This document shows, in pieces, positions 36,861-49,300 of a DNA stretch of 64,000 nucleotides. This DNA comes from Lytechinus pictus (Eukaryota), in the NCBI RefSeq assembly GCF_037042905.1, contig NC_087256.1, positions 9,486,001-9,550,000 of the forward strand, read 5' to 3'. Within the stretch, counting starts at the first letter, position 1, and each line of letters opens with the position of its first letter. A program made the position numbers and the translations under genes. The notes beneath the pieces were generated by a model. That model saw only the letters and a list, made by a program, of their open reading frames with translations, did not search any database and was not told the DNA's origin.

Positions 36861-37886
36861 GTAGGGAGAATCAGGGTACTAATGGATAATTCGTTTTTCC
36901 TTTCCAATCATCGCAGAGCAAAAACGGAAATCAGCCTCGTGGTTCGGTCTTTGAAAATACAAAAACGAAATCACAACGAGAAAAACGTGTTGTGATTCCG
37001 TTTTTGTAGATAAAAAACAGAATATTAAAATCAGAAATACTTTTGGGCTCTTTCTGATTTCTCATTCTATACTTGTGTTTGTTATATATCAAAAACAGAA
37101 TCAGAACACGCTCTCCGCTCCGTGATTCTGTTTGGAAAAACGCAGACAGCGAAAACGAAATCGGAAACTTGCTTTCCACTTCCTGCTCTGTGATTTTGTT
37201 TTTCGCACAGCCAACAGCCATATACGAAATACGGTTTCCGCTCCCTCTACCTTTTCGATCGTTATACACTTGCATGCGAGAATATAAAATCTACTCCTAT
37301 TAAATCTTCTCTCACGTGAATATTAAATGTTTGATTTTACTTTTTGTACTGTTTTGGACTGTTTTTCAATTAGACATAATTATATATTATGTATGTACAT
37401 AAATGTAAGAAAAAAGAATATATATTCCTTATAATAATCATGGAATCAATCTTGTTAGAAAAAAAAATGTATATCAGATATTTTGAGAACAAATTGAATT
37501 GATTTAGAATTTATTCATGACATTGTTTTACTTAATTTTCGTTAAGAATTGTCAAATGTATGGATGTGTTGATCACAATATGTGTACATTCTTAACCAAA
37601 CTTTGTAATTATGGTGTGATTTGATTAAATATCGATTTTTAATTTATGATCATAAATGTAATATTCTACTATGTTCAATTTTGTTTGATGAGAGAAGAGA
37701 ATAAAAGATTATTTAAAAAATGCAGCGCAGTGCATGCATGTTGACCGGCAGGAAGTTGGTTGGATATTCTAAATTCAAACTGTAAAGATGGACAGTTGGA
37801 TATTCAAGTTCGATATTAAAATGCGTGTGAAGTTGGACCAATATTCGATATTCGATATAAGGGTTTTGAAGACTAACTAGGGGATT

Positions 37887-37958
37887 TAACAGGTGGTCTA
37901 GTGGTTGAGGCACCGGCGTTCAAAGCTGGGGGCCCGGGTTCGATTCCCGGCAGAGACA
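37887..37958 (+). pseudogene. tRNA-like sequence (tRNA-Glu-derived pseudogene or SINE head)
   Basis: A-box TGGTCTAGTGG and B-box GGTTCGATTCCC are present. The D, anticodon and T arms pair, but the acceptor stem does not. Confidence 0.7.
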
Positions 37959-38109
37959 TTTTTTCGGCATCACCAATTTTTCCAAAGGGTAGATAGCTCT
38001 GGGGAACTTTGATTTAAGCTACGCCTACCATTGTTCTCTTCATTCATTTCTTTACAATATTTAAAATAAAAAGAGTTGCCAAAGCTGTTGTACATGTATA
38101 ACTTCACAC

Positions 38110-38111
<2 letters not shown>

Positions 38112-38182
<71 letters not shown>
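38112..38182. repeat. (TA)n microsatellite
   Basis: About 35 TA units. Confidence 0.95.
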
Positions 38183-38184
<2 letters not shown>

Positions 38185-39394
38185 GTGAAAGTGATATATA
38201 TAAACCCCTCAAAAAAAGTTTTTAAAATCTAGGTTTTGCCATTAATTTCTCCCAACTCCCAATTTTACACAATGCATATTTGACATCATTCAAAAGATCA
38301 TTTCATTCTCTTTAAAATGATACCATGCTTGTTATGATCAAGCCAACACGAGAAAAGCAGGATTCAAAAGTGTTGGATGGGGTCTGAATTGAAGAGCTGC
38401 AAAACAAGCAGAAATAGTCATGAAGGGTCAATACAGAACATGATTCTTTTGTCTGTGTCAACAGTCAATAGAGATGAAAATCCATTCAAATCAAGCCCCT
38501 GCTTCTTCATTTTTATGTTTTGGTGTGGTTTATGTAGTGATGGTTCTGTGAGATCACATGGTTTGAGTCGTGGTTTGAAATAACCATGGATGTTTGTTTG
38601 TGTGTTATGTGTTTGATTCCATGTTAATGTTGATCGTTACGTGCAAGCCTTGCGGGTGAGTTGCGGGCATATATTTTTCAGCACGCAACAAAATTTCTGC
38701 GGGCAAACAAGAATTTTCATAGGTTCTGCGTGCGGGACGCGTGCAATCTACCGTCGACTTGCGTGCAATCTACTGTCGACTTGCGTGCATTGCGTGTGAC
38801 CTGCGGACGAGGCACGTGCAAGCTTCCGTTTAAGTTGCGGGCGACATATACGTGCCCTGCGTGTTATCTATACTGCCAACCTGCGAGTTATCTACCGCCA
38901 ACCTGCGTGTTACCTGCGTGTAAGATGCGTGCAAGGCGCAAGCATTGGGCAAATTGGGCAATCATCATTTCTATAGTAATTCCTATGAGTAAACATGCCT
39001 CGCGCTGAGACCATTGCCGATCGAATCGATACCGACCACGAGGTCGACGACTTGGATGCCACAGACAGGGGAGTCGCGAGGCCTTTTCCAGTGGTGGTGG
39101 GGGAGGGGGTGGAGGCTCTGATTACCGACAGATATCAGTACCGATTGCCGACGTTCGACATGTGGCATGGTAGGGTTCCTCATTAATATCAGTCACATTT
39201 TCTATCGTCATACCAAGGGACAGATCCAGCTCAAGTTATCAATAGAAGGGGAGGGGGCGGGAAAAAATGTTTCATCATATTTTCCCCGTTACGGCCGCCA
39301 AAATCTGATTTTTTTTAAAGGAATTAGTCCTAACTAAACTTTCATTCTTAGAAACAAGACAAAGTATTTCATGTGGTCTCAATAGAAATGACCA

Positions 39395-41945
39395 CGTGAG
39401 CGCGAAGCGCGAGCTGAAAATTTTTATATTTCGACCTGAACATTCGATTGTAGAGGAAGAGGATAGATATACGATCTGAAATTTGGACATTATAAACACT
39501 AATTATGAATAATAACCGTTAATAACTAAACAATAATGTAATAAATGACTGTTTGCATTGACTTATGAATAGAATACATTTTTCACTAACCAAATAGAGT
39601 GAGTCCGAAGCGCGAGCTGACGGAAAAAAACAAATGCAGATATTCAAGTTGAAAACTAAACTGGTTAAGCACAGTTTAATAGATAACACAGTATATAAGC
39701 GAGTTGAATGTAATCATGAAGAAGGTGGGCATAGTACGAAATAACTTTTGCAAGCGCGAAGCGCGATCTAAAATTTCGTTTGTTTTAAAACCTGAAAATT
39801 TGACATTGTAAATAGTGTTTGTAATCATGAATTAAGTAATGCAAGCGCGAAGCGCGAGTTTTTTCTTCTTTTAGATTTAGACTTGAAATCGGACATTTCA
39901 TGCAGTTTTTGTAATAATGAAAAGAAAGTGTATCAATGAATAATGCGAGCGCGAAGTGTGAGCTGAACATTTCTGATATTTTTAGTTGAAAACTTATTTC
40001 TTTTACACGAATTCTGCATATGTAGGCATAGTTGGACGCGAGCTGAAAGTATTTATTTACTGACCCGAACAGGAACCTTTAAAGTACTGTCCAACATTAA
40101 GGAAAATGTAAAGATGCTCCGAGCACGAAGTGTGAGCTCATTTTTTTTCACCTTATCCTGGAACATACTGTTGGATTAGTTGCGCGGGCTGAAAACTTTG
40201 ATTTTACAACCTGGTCATTGAACATTCAAACACTTTTTTGCAATCTTGAACACGATGGGTATCTAATCAAACGAGTAATGTGAGCGCGAAGCGCGAGCTA
40301 GTTTATTTTAATTGTTATTATTTAGACTTAAAATCGGACATTCCATGGAGTTTTTGTAATCATGAAAGTATCAATGAATAATACGAGCGTGAGCTGATTT
40401 TTTTTTTATAATTTGACTTTAAATCTAAATCATTTACACGATTTTATATAAACAACAAACTCGGATATTCCGCATCTGTAATTGGACATGCTGTGTATCT
40501 CAATAAACATAATGCGAGCTGAATTTTTCTAACGCGAAAGGGAACTTCTGAAACACTTTGCAAAGACATGAAGAAAAATTGTGAAGAGGATATGGATCTT
40601 ATTAAATATACATAGGCGGATCCAGGGGGGCCAAGGCCCCCCCCCCCCCCTATTGGCGGAGTAATAAAATGGAAAAAATGAAAAGAAAAGAAAAAAAGAA
40701 GAGAAAAAAAAGAGGAGAGGAGGAAGACGAATGAATAAAATAAGGTGAGGGGAAGACTTGGAAAATAAAAAAAAACTTTTATGTCATTTTATTAAATTTT
40801 CGCTCGCGCTTCGCGCTCGCATTGCCTGTTAGATGATTTGCATGTCTTGTTCAATATGGAGTTTAAATATCAAGTTTGGAAGTCAACATACAAAACATAT
40901 TTCATCTCGGAAATCGAACTTTCATTATTTTGTGTGATTTACAAATTGATTTTAGAAAGTGCTATGTAAAAATGTTAGTTTTATGGTCTGAATATTAACT
41001 TTTTCTGCTCGCGCTCGCAAATTTTGACTTATCAGGTACCTATTATTTTCGTGTATTCCATAAAGTTTTCAAAATATCCCTTTTCAGATCTAATTGTCAA
41101 AACGTATCAGCTAGCACTGCACACTCGCATTTTGATTGGCAAGTTATGTATGTCTCAATATTGATTATACAACAAACTTCTTAAAATCCCCTTTTCATGA
41201 GTGTATACAAAATTTACGCTCGGAATTTACACTCGCATTAATGGTTAAAAATATATTAACTGATGCAGCCTATTTATAATTACAAAAGTGCTTGAAATGT
41301 TCAGTTTTCAGGCCATAATATCATCAGATTCAGGATAACAAACATTGCCCAGAATGTTCAAATTTTAGGAAAAAATACATACAAGATTTCCAAAAAATTT
41401 AGGTCGCGCTTCGCATTATATAAATAAGGATTATGATATTATATATTTTTGTTGATTTCTAAGAATAAAGCTGAGAAGTGACTATCAGGACTACCCCTAC
41501 AAAGAAACAAACAAAAATCATTTTCGAGCGGCCGATCAGGGTAAATATGACTGAAACAAAATTCCGCCCCCCCCCCCATATTGGCGAAGGCTGGATCCGC
41601 CCCTGAATATATGATGCAAGCGCCGAGCACGAGCTGATTTTTTTTTATTTAGACCATTAACCTGGACAAACTAGTCATTGTCAGTACAGACGCGCGAGGT
41701 GAAAACCTTTACTTGTAAACTTAACATCCCCCTTAAAAAACCCAAACAAACTCAGATTCCTAATGTAATTGAACAAGCTGTGGATTTCATCCGCGAGCGC
41801 GAAGCGCGAGCTGAATTTTTTTATACCGGTATACATGTAGGCCTATACTGACCCGAAAGTATGCTTTTGAGGCTCTGTCCAACGCGAAGGAAAATTGTGG
41901 AGAGGATTTGGATCTCTATGAATCGGGCGCGAAGCGCGAGCTTTA
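39395..41945 (+). repeat. Spaced array of GCGAGCGCGAAGCGCGAGCTGA motifs (TE interior)
   Basis: Copies at about 39398, 39600, 39751, 39841, 39945, 40120, 40281, 41617, 41793 and 41925, separated by diverged AT-rich spacers. Confidence 0.8.
40611..41605. mobile_element. CA(G/T)RGGCGGATCCAG-type TIR element with 6-bp TSD, nested in the array
   Basis: AATATA-CATAGGCGGATCCAG ... CTGGATCCGCCCCTG-AATATA. The interior carries the motif array in the opposite orientation. Confidence 0.85.
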
Positions 41946-44115
41946 AAAATTTTGAAATTAAGACTTCAAATCAGTACATTCTAATCAATGTCGATAAAGA
42001 GGGCTCACGTTCGCATCGCAAAAAATGACAATTTACGATAATTCGATTTGATATTTTAAGTTAAAAATACCGAGCAAGGACAAGGTACAGTTTTAAACAG
42101 CTTTGCGTTACCAGACAATTTGTCATTTCCCGACAGGCGTCAGTCCAGCAGCCCTGCGCTTGCGTAATAGAAACGAAAATTAAAACATATATATATTTCA
42201 CTTTTCCAACATCTCAGCCACCGCATCCTTAGTTACACCGACTCAACGGTTTACCTATTCAAAACGTCGTCTACCCCGTCCCCTTCTCTTTCTAATGTTT
42301 CTCTTTTTTTCTTTCCTTTTTTTCATTTTTCTTTCCTTTTTCCTATTTTTCTTTTTCTCTTTCTCTTCTTTCCTCTTTCACTCTTCTTTTTTTTTCTGGC
42401 CCCCTTTCTCCATTTTCCCGATGGCAGCGCAGATTTACCGACGATATCCGGAGTAGTGGGGGGGGGGGGGGTGGCGCGCCCCACACGCCCCCCCCCCCTT
42501 AGCGACGGCCCAGGCCATGCACAGAGACCGACGAAATTATAAATTTCGACGAAGGTGAATCAGAAAAATGTCGGCAAGATTCAAAACTGTTTTATTATTA
42601 TTATTATTCATCTCTCCATTAAATCAAGTATCGATCCTTTTAACAATTTTATTTTCAAAAACAAAATCATCTGCATACACTTTTACATAATTGGTTGCAG
42701 TATTGTGAACACCAACTATTGCAGACATAATTATATTCAGATCATGCAATATTGTTTTCACAATAATCGAGCTTGGTATAACATAAAAACACACTTTTAA
42801 AAAGAATTCTAACGTATTGTCCTAAACACAATTACACCGTGGTGCAATTTCTTAAAGTTCGTTATACATGTATATCTCAAGCTGTCCAATAAACAATCTC
42901 ATCTTATAACTTTTAATTATTATTATGAAAAAATTAAATATTTCATTTCATAAATTGGCAAATGGATACCGACAGGAAGTAATTCCTCAAAAAGCTGTGA
43001 GCACAGGAATCGGTAGAATAGCTTTGCTGGAGTAATATAGGAGCGCCTTGAACAAGGTGGATACATGCGCCATATAAATTCTATATCATTATTATTATAA
43101 TGTCCAATGTAGTTTATTTAAAAAAGAATGTGTCCAATTCTATTTAGAAATATCGGGTTAAATTAAATTTTATATATTTTTCACTGCATGTTTGTTGATA
43201 TCGAGCAGAAATCCGCGGGCAATCTGCGGTATTCATGCGGGTGAATTGCGGCCGCTGCGGGTCTCCTACTGGTGTTCTGCTGGTGTGTTGCGGGCAGTCA
43301 CCCGTAACTCACCCGTACAAAGTTTTGAGCATGTTCAAAACTTTTCTGCGGGCAACTCAGACTTGCGTGCGCCTCTGCGGGCAACATGCGTGTGAGATGC
43401 GTGCGAGATACTGTCAATGCGGGCGACCTGCGGGTAGCAAAAGTAGTTACCCGCAGGTCGCCCGCAAGGCTTGCACGGAACGATGTGACAGGGCCTTAAG
43501 GCCTTTAAGGCCTTTAAGGCCCTGTCAAACGCATGAAAACAAATGAAAGAAACCGCTGAGAAACTCACTTATCACCACGGAAAATAAGAACAGCGACTTT
43601 CAATATTGTGTCATTTTTCAACTTTTGAATTTTGACCTTGCCCCACATTTCAAGGCACCGCACCTCCATGTGAACCACAATCATATCATGTAGGGTATCA
43701 TTTTAAAAATAATTGAATGATCCATTTATTAATATTTATTACTTATTGATATTCACTAAAACCGAGGAGAAATTATCGATCAAACTCAGATTTCCAAACT
43801 TTTTTAGGAGTTTAGTTGCCCGAATCTAGAAAAAAAAAACAAGAAAATTAATACATATCGAGTGATAGCAATTTACATCATATATCGACTTTTACAAAGT
43901 GCCACAAAAGTAACAAAACTTTAATTTGCTCCTCCATAACCTCCAATAAAAAAAATCTAAATTTTCTCACATTAAACACATTTAATAAAAAAATCTGATT
44001 AACAAGGAATCTGATTATAAGTTGCCATTCGCTCAATCACTTGCAAAATTCATACAAAAACATCAGGTTCCTTGTGAACTATCTGATTGTATGAACAAAC
44101 ACGCGGTCCTGTAAT

Positions 44116-44310
44116 CAGTCCAGATTGGACCTTGGTGTTTGGAAGTTCCCTTTCCCAAAGCTAACATAGAGGACACATGTCTCCCAATCTCCACTCATGG
44201 TGGGGAGGGAAGAGGAGTGGATTGGCACCGATTAGAGGTTGGGAGACATGTGCCCTCTATGTTAGCTTTGGGAAAGGGAACTTCCAAACACCAAGGTCAA
44301 ATCTGGACTA
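44116..44310. mobile_element. 195-bp hairpin MITE with 9-bp TSD (AcademH-like)
   Basis: About 75-bp near-perfect TIRs (CAGTCCAGATT...AATCTGGACTA) flanked by TCCTGTAAT on both sides. Confidence 0.9.
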
Positions 44311-45021
44311 TCCTGTAATATGTGGCGATCGGGGACTCACTTATCATTAGTCATCACAGAGGGGACGTGTGCCTGCATTTCTTTACACTCAGAAGTTTAA
44401 ATTTAATCAACTAACGGGGCCCACTTGGGGACACTTCCTACCCCTTACACACAACTTGAAGTGATTGACCGAACATAATTATTATGCGCTCACTATATGA
44501 AATGGTTTGAAATGAGATAATGAATGTTTCTGGTCTGTGGACGTCCTCCATGGGTAAAACGTCCCCAGTAGAAGGTCATTACAAACTCGAACACCCACAC
44601 TCTCACACTCTCCCTCGCATACTATGATACACACACGCGCGCCCGCGCTCAAAAAAAAACAGCTAATGTCCAGAGAAAACTTACAAGTAAAAAAAGTTGT
44701 CTAAATACCACCACCAAATAACTTATGTCAATACCGTCAACAGCACTATAAAATTACTTTTAAAAGTCTGCAAACCTTAATTTAATTAACAATTATTATT
44801 ACTAAAGATGACATGCAACGACGAAGTCACATTATAGACATCACCTCAAAACCATTGTATGCCATAATCTAATACATATAGCACTGACCGGACTGAAGTT
44901 GACTGTTCCAAAACAGAAGAGAGCAATTCAGTTTTAGTTCACGCGAGATGGCGCTCTGTAATTATCGATACCAAAGCCATCAATAGAGAGATTACGGCCA
45001 ACCCGGTTTCAATCATGGGTA

Positions 45022-45318
45022 CACTGTTAAAAAAAACCTGATTTTACAGAAAAAAGAAGATTTTGCAGAAAGGAATAACAGAATCATTCTGTAAATTCAT
45101 AAAGCAGATATTTTTCTGCAATTTAACAGAACAGGTCTGTTTAAAAAGGGAAAAAAAATTTCTTTAAGGAAATTTATAAGTTTCCATACACCAAATACCA
45201 ATTTCCTGTAATTTTACATGATATAATGTAAGATAACGCAATCTGGTAAGATTATAGGTGTTCTCGAGACACTGCTACAGGAACTTCTTTTATTTTAAGG
45301 ATAAATTTTCTAACAGTG
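45022..45318. mobile_element. CACTG-terminated MITE with TA TSD (CACTA/CMC-like)
   Basis: TA-CACTGTTAAAAA ... TTCTAACAGTG-TA with TTACAG/CTGTAA subterminal repeats. Confidence 0.8.
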
Positions 45319-45379
45319 TACCAACATGGCGCATAATGCTTTGTTAGGCAAGCCTAATTCAAAAGAAATTGTGCCACTT

Positions 45380-46000
45380 AATAATAATAATACAGAGTAT
45401 TTCTAAAGCGCCAAATCCACATTGATTATGTGCTCAAGGCGCTACGTAAAGGAAATAAGAGAAAAATTACATGGAGCAGGAAGGGACGAAGATAAAAGAA
45501 GCACAGTCATGACAATGAAATCAAACTACTGCATGGAAGGCAATTTTAAACAAATGGGTTTTTAGAGCAATTTTGAAGTTATCGATATTTGAAATACTAC
45601 GAATGGAATATGGCAACTGATTCCACAAGGATGGTCCCGCATGTGCAAATGACTTATCCCCCCATGATTTCTTGGATTTAGGAACTGTAAGCAACTTTGA
45701 ATCAGAAGATCTTAAACGTCGAGGAGGATTGTATGGCATCAACAAATTAACATTATATTCTGGGGCAGATCCATGGATACAGTGAAAAACTCAGCTAACA
45801 ATAATAACTTAAATACAATACGGTACTCGATGGGTAACCAATGCAGTGAGGACAGAACTGGAGTTATGTGAGTAGAGCGTCTGATAAGGGTAACAATACG
45901 GGCTGCAGAATTCTGTAATTTTTGTAAGCGTGAGAGTTTAGATTGTGGAAGTTGAAACAAAAGAGAATTGCCAAAATCAAGTCGAGATGATATCAGAGCA
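45380..46000 (-). mobile_element. L2-clade LINE 3' fragment
   Basis: LQKLQNSAARIV..HITPVLSSLHWLPIEYRIVFK and RLRS..GDKSFAHAGPSLWNQLP..FKIALKTHLF (frameshifted), plus an L2 GCGCCTTGAG..GGCGCT stem-loop and a (TTA)n tail. Confidence 0.92.
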
Positions 46001-46346
46001 TAGTAACCCAGTGAACCGGGTTGGCCGAACTCTCTCTATTAATGGCTCTGATCAATTCTGTAATTATTGATATTTTGGCTCACTAGTATCACTGATCATA
46101 AATATTATCTCCTCATCATTCTCCGCCTCGAGGACAATTTTGCAACCTCGTCATTGCCGATTGCACCAGACTACGATTTATTTTCCTTGGCATCGGATGT
46201 CTTGGCCTCGGGTAAAGGAGCTCGGGCGAGGCTAGGACTCTTGCTCGATGACCTTTTTTTTTCGATTTTGAAGACCCTGAATCGGGCTACAATTCTTAGA
46301 CCTTTTTTTCAAAGATCTCTGAGTGTGCATTCAGAGCATCGATTCG

Positions 46347-49300
46347 CTACCCGAGACTTTCCCCTTTGATTTTTTTCATTGTCACCATTTCCGACGATGT
46401 CGATCTTGACTTGGAGGACGTCATCGAGGAGAGCCTACCAAAGCAGGGACAAGATTCCTTCCAGAGTATCAGGACACGCTTGTTGCAGACAAATGCAATA
46501 AATATGTAGACTCCTTGGAGAGAGTTGAGGATGATGAAGATATACCAGAGAGCTGTGACACCGGCGAAGGCAGCTATAAAACCCAATACCCAGGTGAAGC
46601 CAAGCAGAGTTGACATCTGTGAGAAGTTCAGGGAGATGCATATAGAGGGACAAATAAGATGACCACTAATTTTCAACGAAAATTAATCCCGACAAAGATA
46701 GAAACAACGGAAATATCCAGATTTATTAATTGGTGTGGTATTAGCCCCTGTTAATGCTCTGATCGGTCATTCGAGTCAACGGTGGTAATAAACGCTAAAC
46801 ATTTTAATTACATATTTCCATCAAGCAATAACAAAGAGGGGGGGGGTAAAGCATGGCAAGTACATTCACATATACCCCATCTCTTAACTTTATTACACAT
46901 GTACCATACCTATCCCTCAAGCCCCATCCTTTTTGTAGCACATAGTGTTTAATATTTTTCCCTAAATGTTGGCCGTCATACCCAAAGCTTATGCAATTTC
47001 AGGACATTAAAAAAGTACTCACCTTTACATATATCACAAGGTCGGACGACAGTTTGGAGTCTTTGCTCTTGTGCTTGTTAACTGGACTAATTCTCATCTG
47101 ATGAAGACCAACAACTACCATGACAAATAAAATAATATTGATGATGAGGAAACAAGCGACAGGGATTCCAAAGACATACAGATTGGCCAAACCATCACCG
47201 ATCCAACAAGTTAGTGTACTGTAGCTGAGGGAGAAATGTTGAAAAGTTGTGCCAGTAAAATATATTCCAAGACAAGGACCGACCACAAGGACTGGGCACG
47301 CCCAAACAAATACAAGGAACCTTGCAAGTACCGAAGCGCCCTCATCGGTGTGGCCAAACTTTGCTGCGATGCCGAAACGACGTTGCAAATCAAAAGCAAG
47401 AGCTGTTGTATGTGAGAAAACTGCAATCCACATGTAGTGACCCATGATTGCAAAAGAGATGCAGATAGAAGAATTCAAGGCCGCTAGCCCACCAAATAAG
47501 ATGAATAACTGGGCGACTATAAGGGTAATACAAAGACTCATAATCAAAATGTTTGAGGTTGCTTTCCGTAGAAGATTAAACTTGAGATAAGAAAGGAAAG
47601 TCAAGAAAAGTGCAATTACGGACAACGTAAGACCGACGGTACTTAGAATTGATTGAGCAGAAGAAAAATTTAGAAATCCAGAAGAATGGTTATTTTTCAA
47701 TACGTAAGAGCAAACGAAAATTGTGTCGTTTCCAACTTCAAGATAGTCATTCGATGTCAATGTTCTGTTAAGAGGCAAATACAGGTAAGATCCATTGCCT
47801 AAGTCATCAAAAAGCGAGACGTTCTGTGATACCAAAGTACATGTTTCAGGTGGTACATTACACACTTGTAAATATTCTCGCTTTGAGTTCGTCTGCCCTG
47901 ATATGATGTTATATTCAATGGAATAGATGGAATCGCGAAAGCTATATGCCATTTCTCCAACTAAAAACACCTGCCTTGTCCCGTTATCACGTGATTTTAC
48001 GAAGTCATCATGTAGAACGACGTTGGGACAAATTTCTTTAAGGTTGCTGCATCCAATAGAAATTGTTAAAGTCATGTCACTACAAGTGACATTTCCGAAG
48101 TGGTTTTGAATGTTTTTGGACAAAATTACACTATCTAAATTTTCTTGAGAAACATCAACATTAATTCGTAGATATCCCCATATGTCCAGGCGTTGAGAAC
48201 ATACCGTTAAAGACCCATTCCCTATTGTTTCAGCTTGGAACTTACTAACCGAAAGATTACCAGATGTCATGTAGTTGCTATCGAATAAAGATATTATGTT
48301 ATTGGGTAAATGCACATCAGGATTGCAGTTCGACCTATCTTCGATAGCGTACATGCACTCCACTTCAATAAGGACAGGAAGTCCTTCCTCGAACAAGCAA
48401 CTCAAGTTTGAAGGAAGCCTTTGACAAGAGCTATTTATGAGACTATATCCCACTGGACACGAAAGGTTTAAACAAACGTTATGATATTGGTCATAGATTT
48501 TATTATCTCCACAGGAAATATCGAGTTGTTGTTCATGGCTAGGGAGATCGTTAACAGATGAAAAATCGAAAATGACAGAAATTGGATAATTCGGATAAGG
48601 GTAGACGGGCGCAATAATGGATTTATCAGTCGTGAAGGGTGGACATTTCATGTAAATCAAGTTTAAATAGATTGTATCGATATTTTGATTTAAGACCAAA
48701 GCGTTGTGACACAAGTAACAATGTGGGTTATTATAAACGCTGACGACACCTTTGTAGGACTCACATGCCTCAGCTAGTTGAACCATCGTATCATTGTCTT
48801 GGTCGACGTCGCATGATGTGCTTGGTGCATTATTACAATTTCTTCCAGCTGTTGATGAAAAGGGAGTCTCAAAGTTCCAGTCGCAATGTTTCATAATTCC
48901 AATGATTTGATCGTTATTGAAATTACTTCGTGATGTATTTGCGAACTCTGCAGACAGGCATGTTGCGTCTATTCCCCATGGTGTAACGCGGCTTACGTCA
49001 TTCTTGAAGTTGCAAAGAACACAATATATATTTTTGAATGTGATGCTTTTCATGTATACTACAGGTATTAAAGTAAGTGAGTCTTCGCCCATCGCCTGAC
49101 CTTCACATTTTGCTTTAGTCATGTCAGTCTTTTCATCATTCCATCGTTCATCACACTTGCTCACCATCAGATACTGATCATTATATTGTGGATTTCCTGC
49201 TGGTGTCACGCATGAGAACTGACTGGGATTAATGCCTTTGGTCGCCTCAGGGAAGTCATCATCAGCAAGATCTTCCACACATTCATTGAAAAAGTCGATA

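Larger units (their letters stand above)
38634..43497. mobile_element. PIF/Harbinger-type MITE ends enclosing nested insertions
   Basis: From 38634, ATCGTTACGTGCAAGCCTTGCGGG is the inverse of CCCGCAAGGCTTGCACGGAACGATGTGACAGGGCC-TTA at 43461-43498. Both arms contain TGCGGG/TGCGTG subterminal repeats. Confidence 0.6.

Noticed and set aside
37887-37958. Functional tRNA-Sec gene
   Set aside because: It lacks the long variable arm and extended acceptor stem of tRNA-Sec, the acceptor stem is unpaired, and the body resembles tRNA-Glu.
38985-39190. GC-rich, coding-looking 63-aa ORF
   Set aside because: No recognisable motif or splice context. It lies inside the TE nest and is probably transposon interior.
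39395-41945. CRISPR-like interpretation of the spaced motif arrays (also 23031-24955)
   Set aside because: This is eukaryotic DNA with irregular spacing, degenerate repeats, partly related spacers and no cas genes. TE subterminal or internal repeats explain the pattern.
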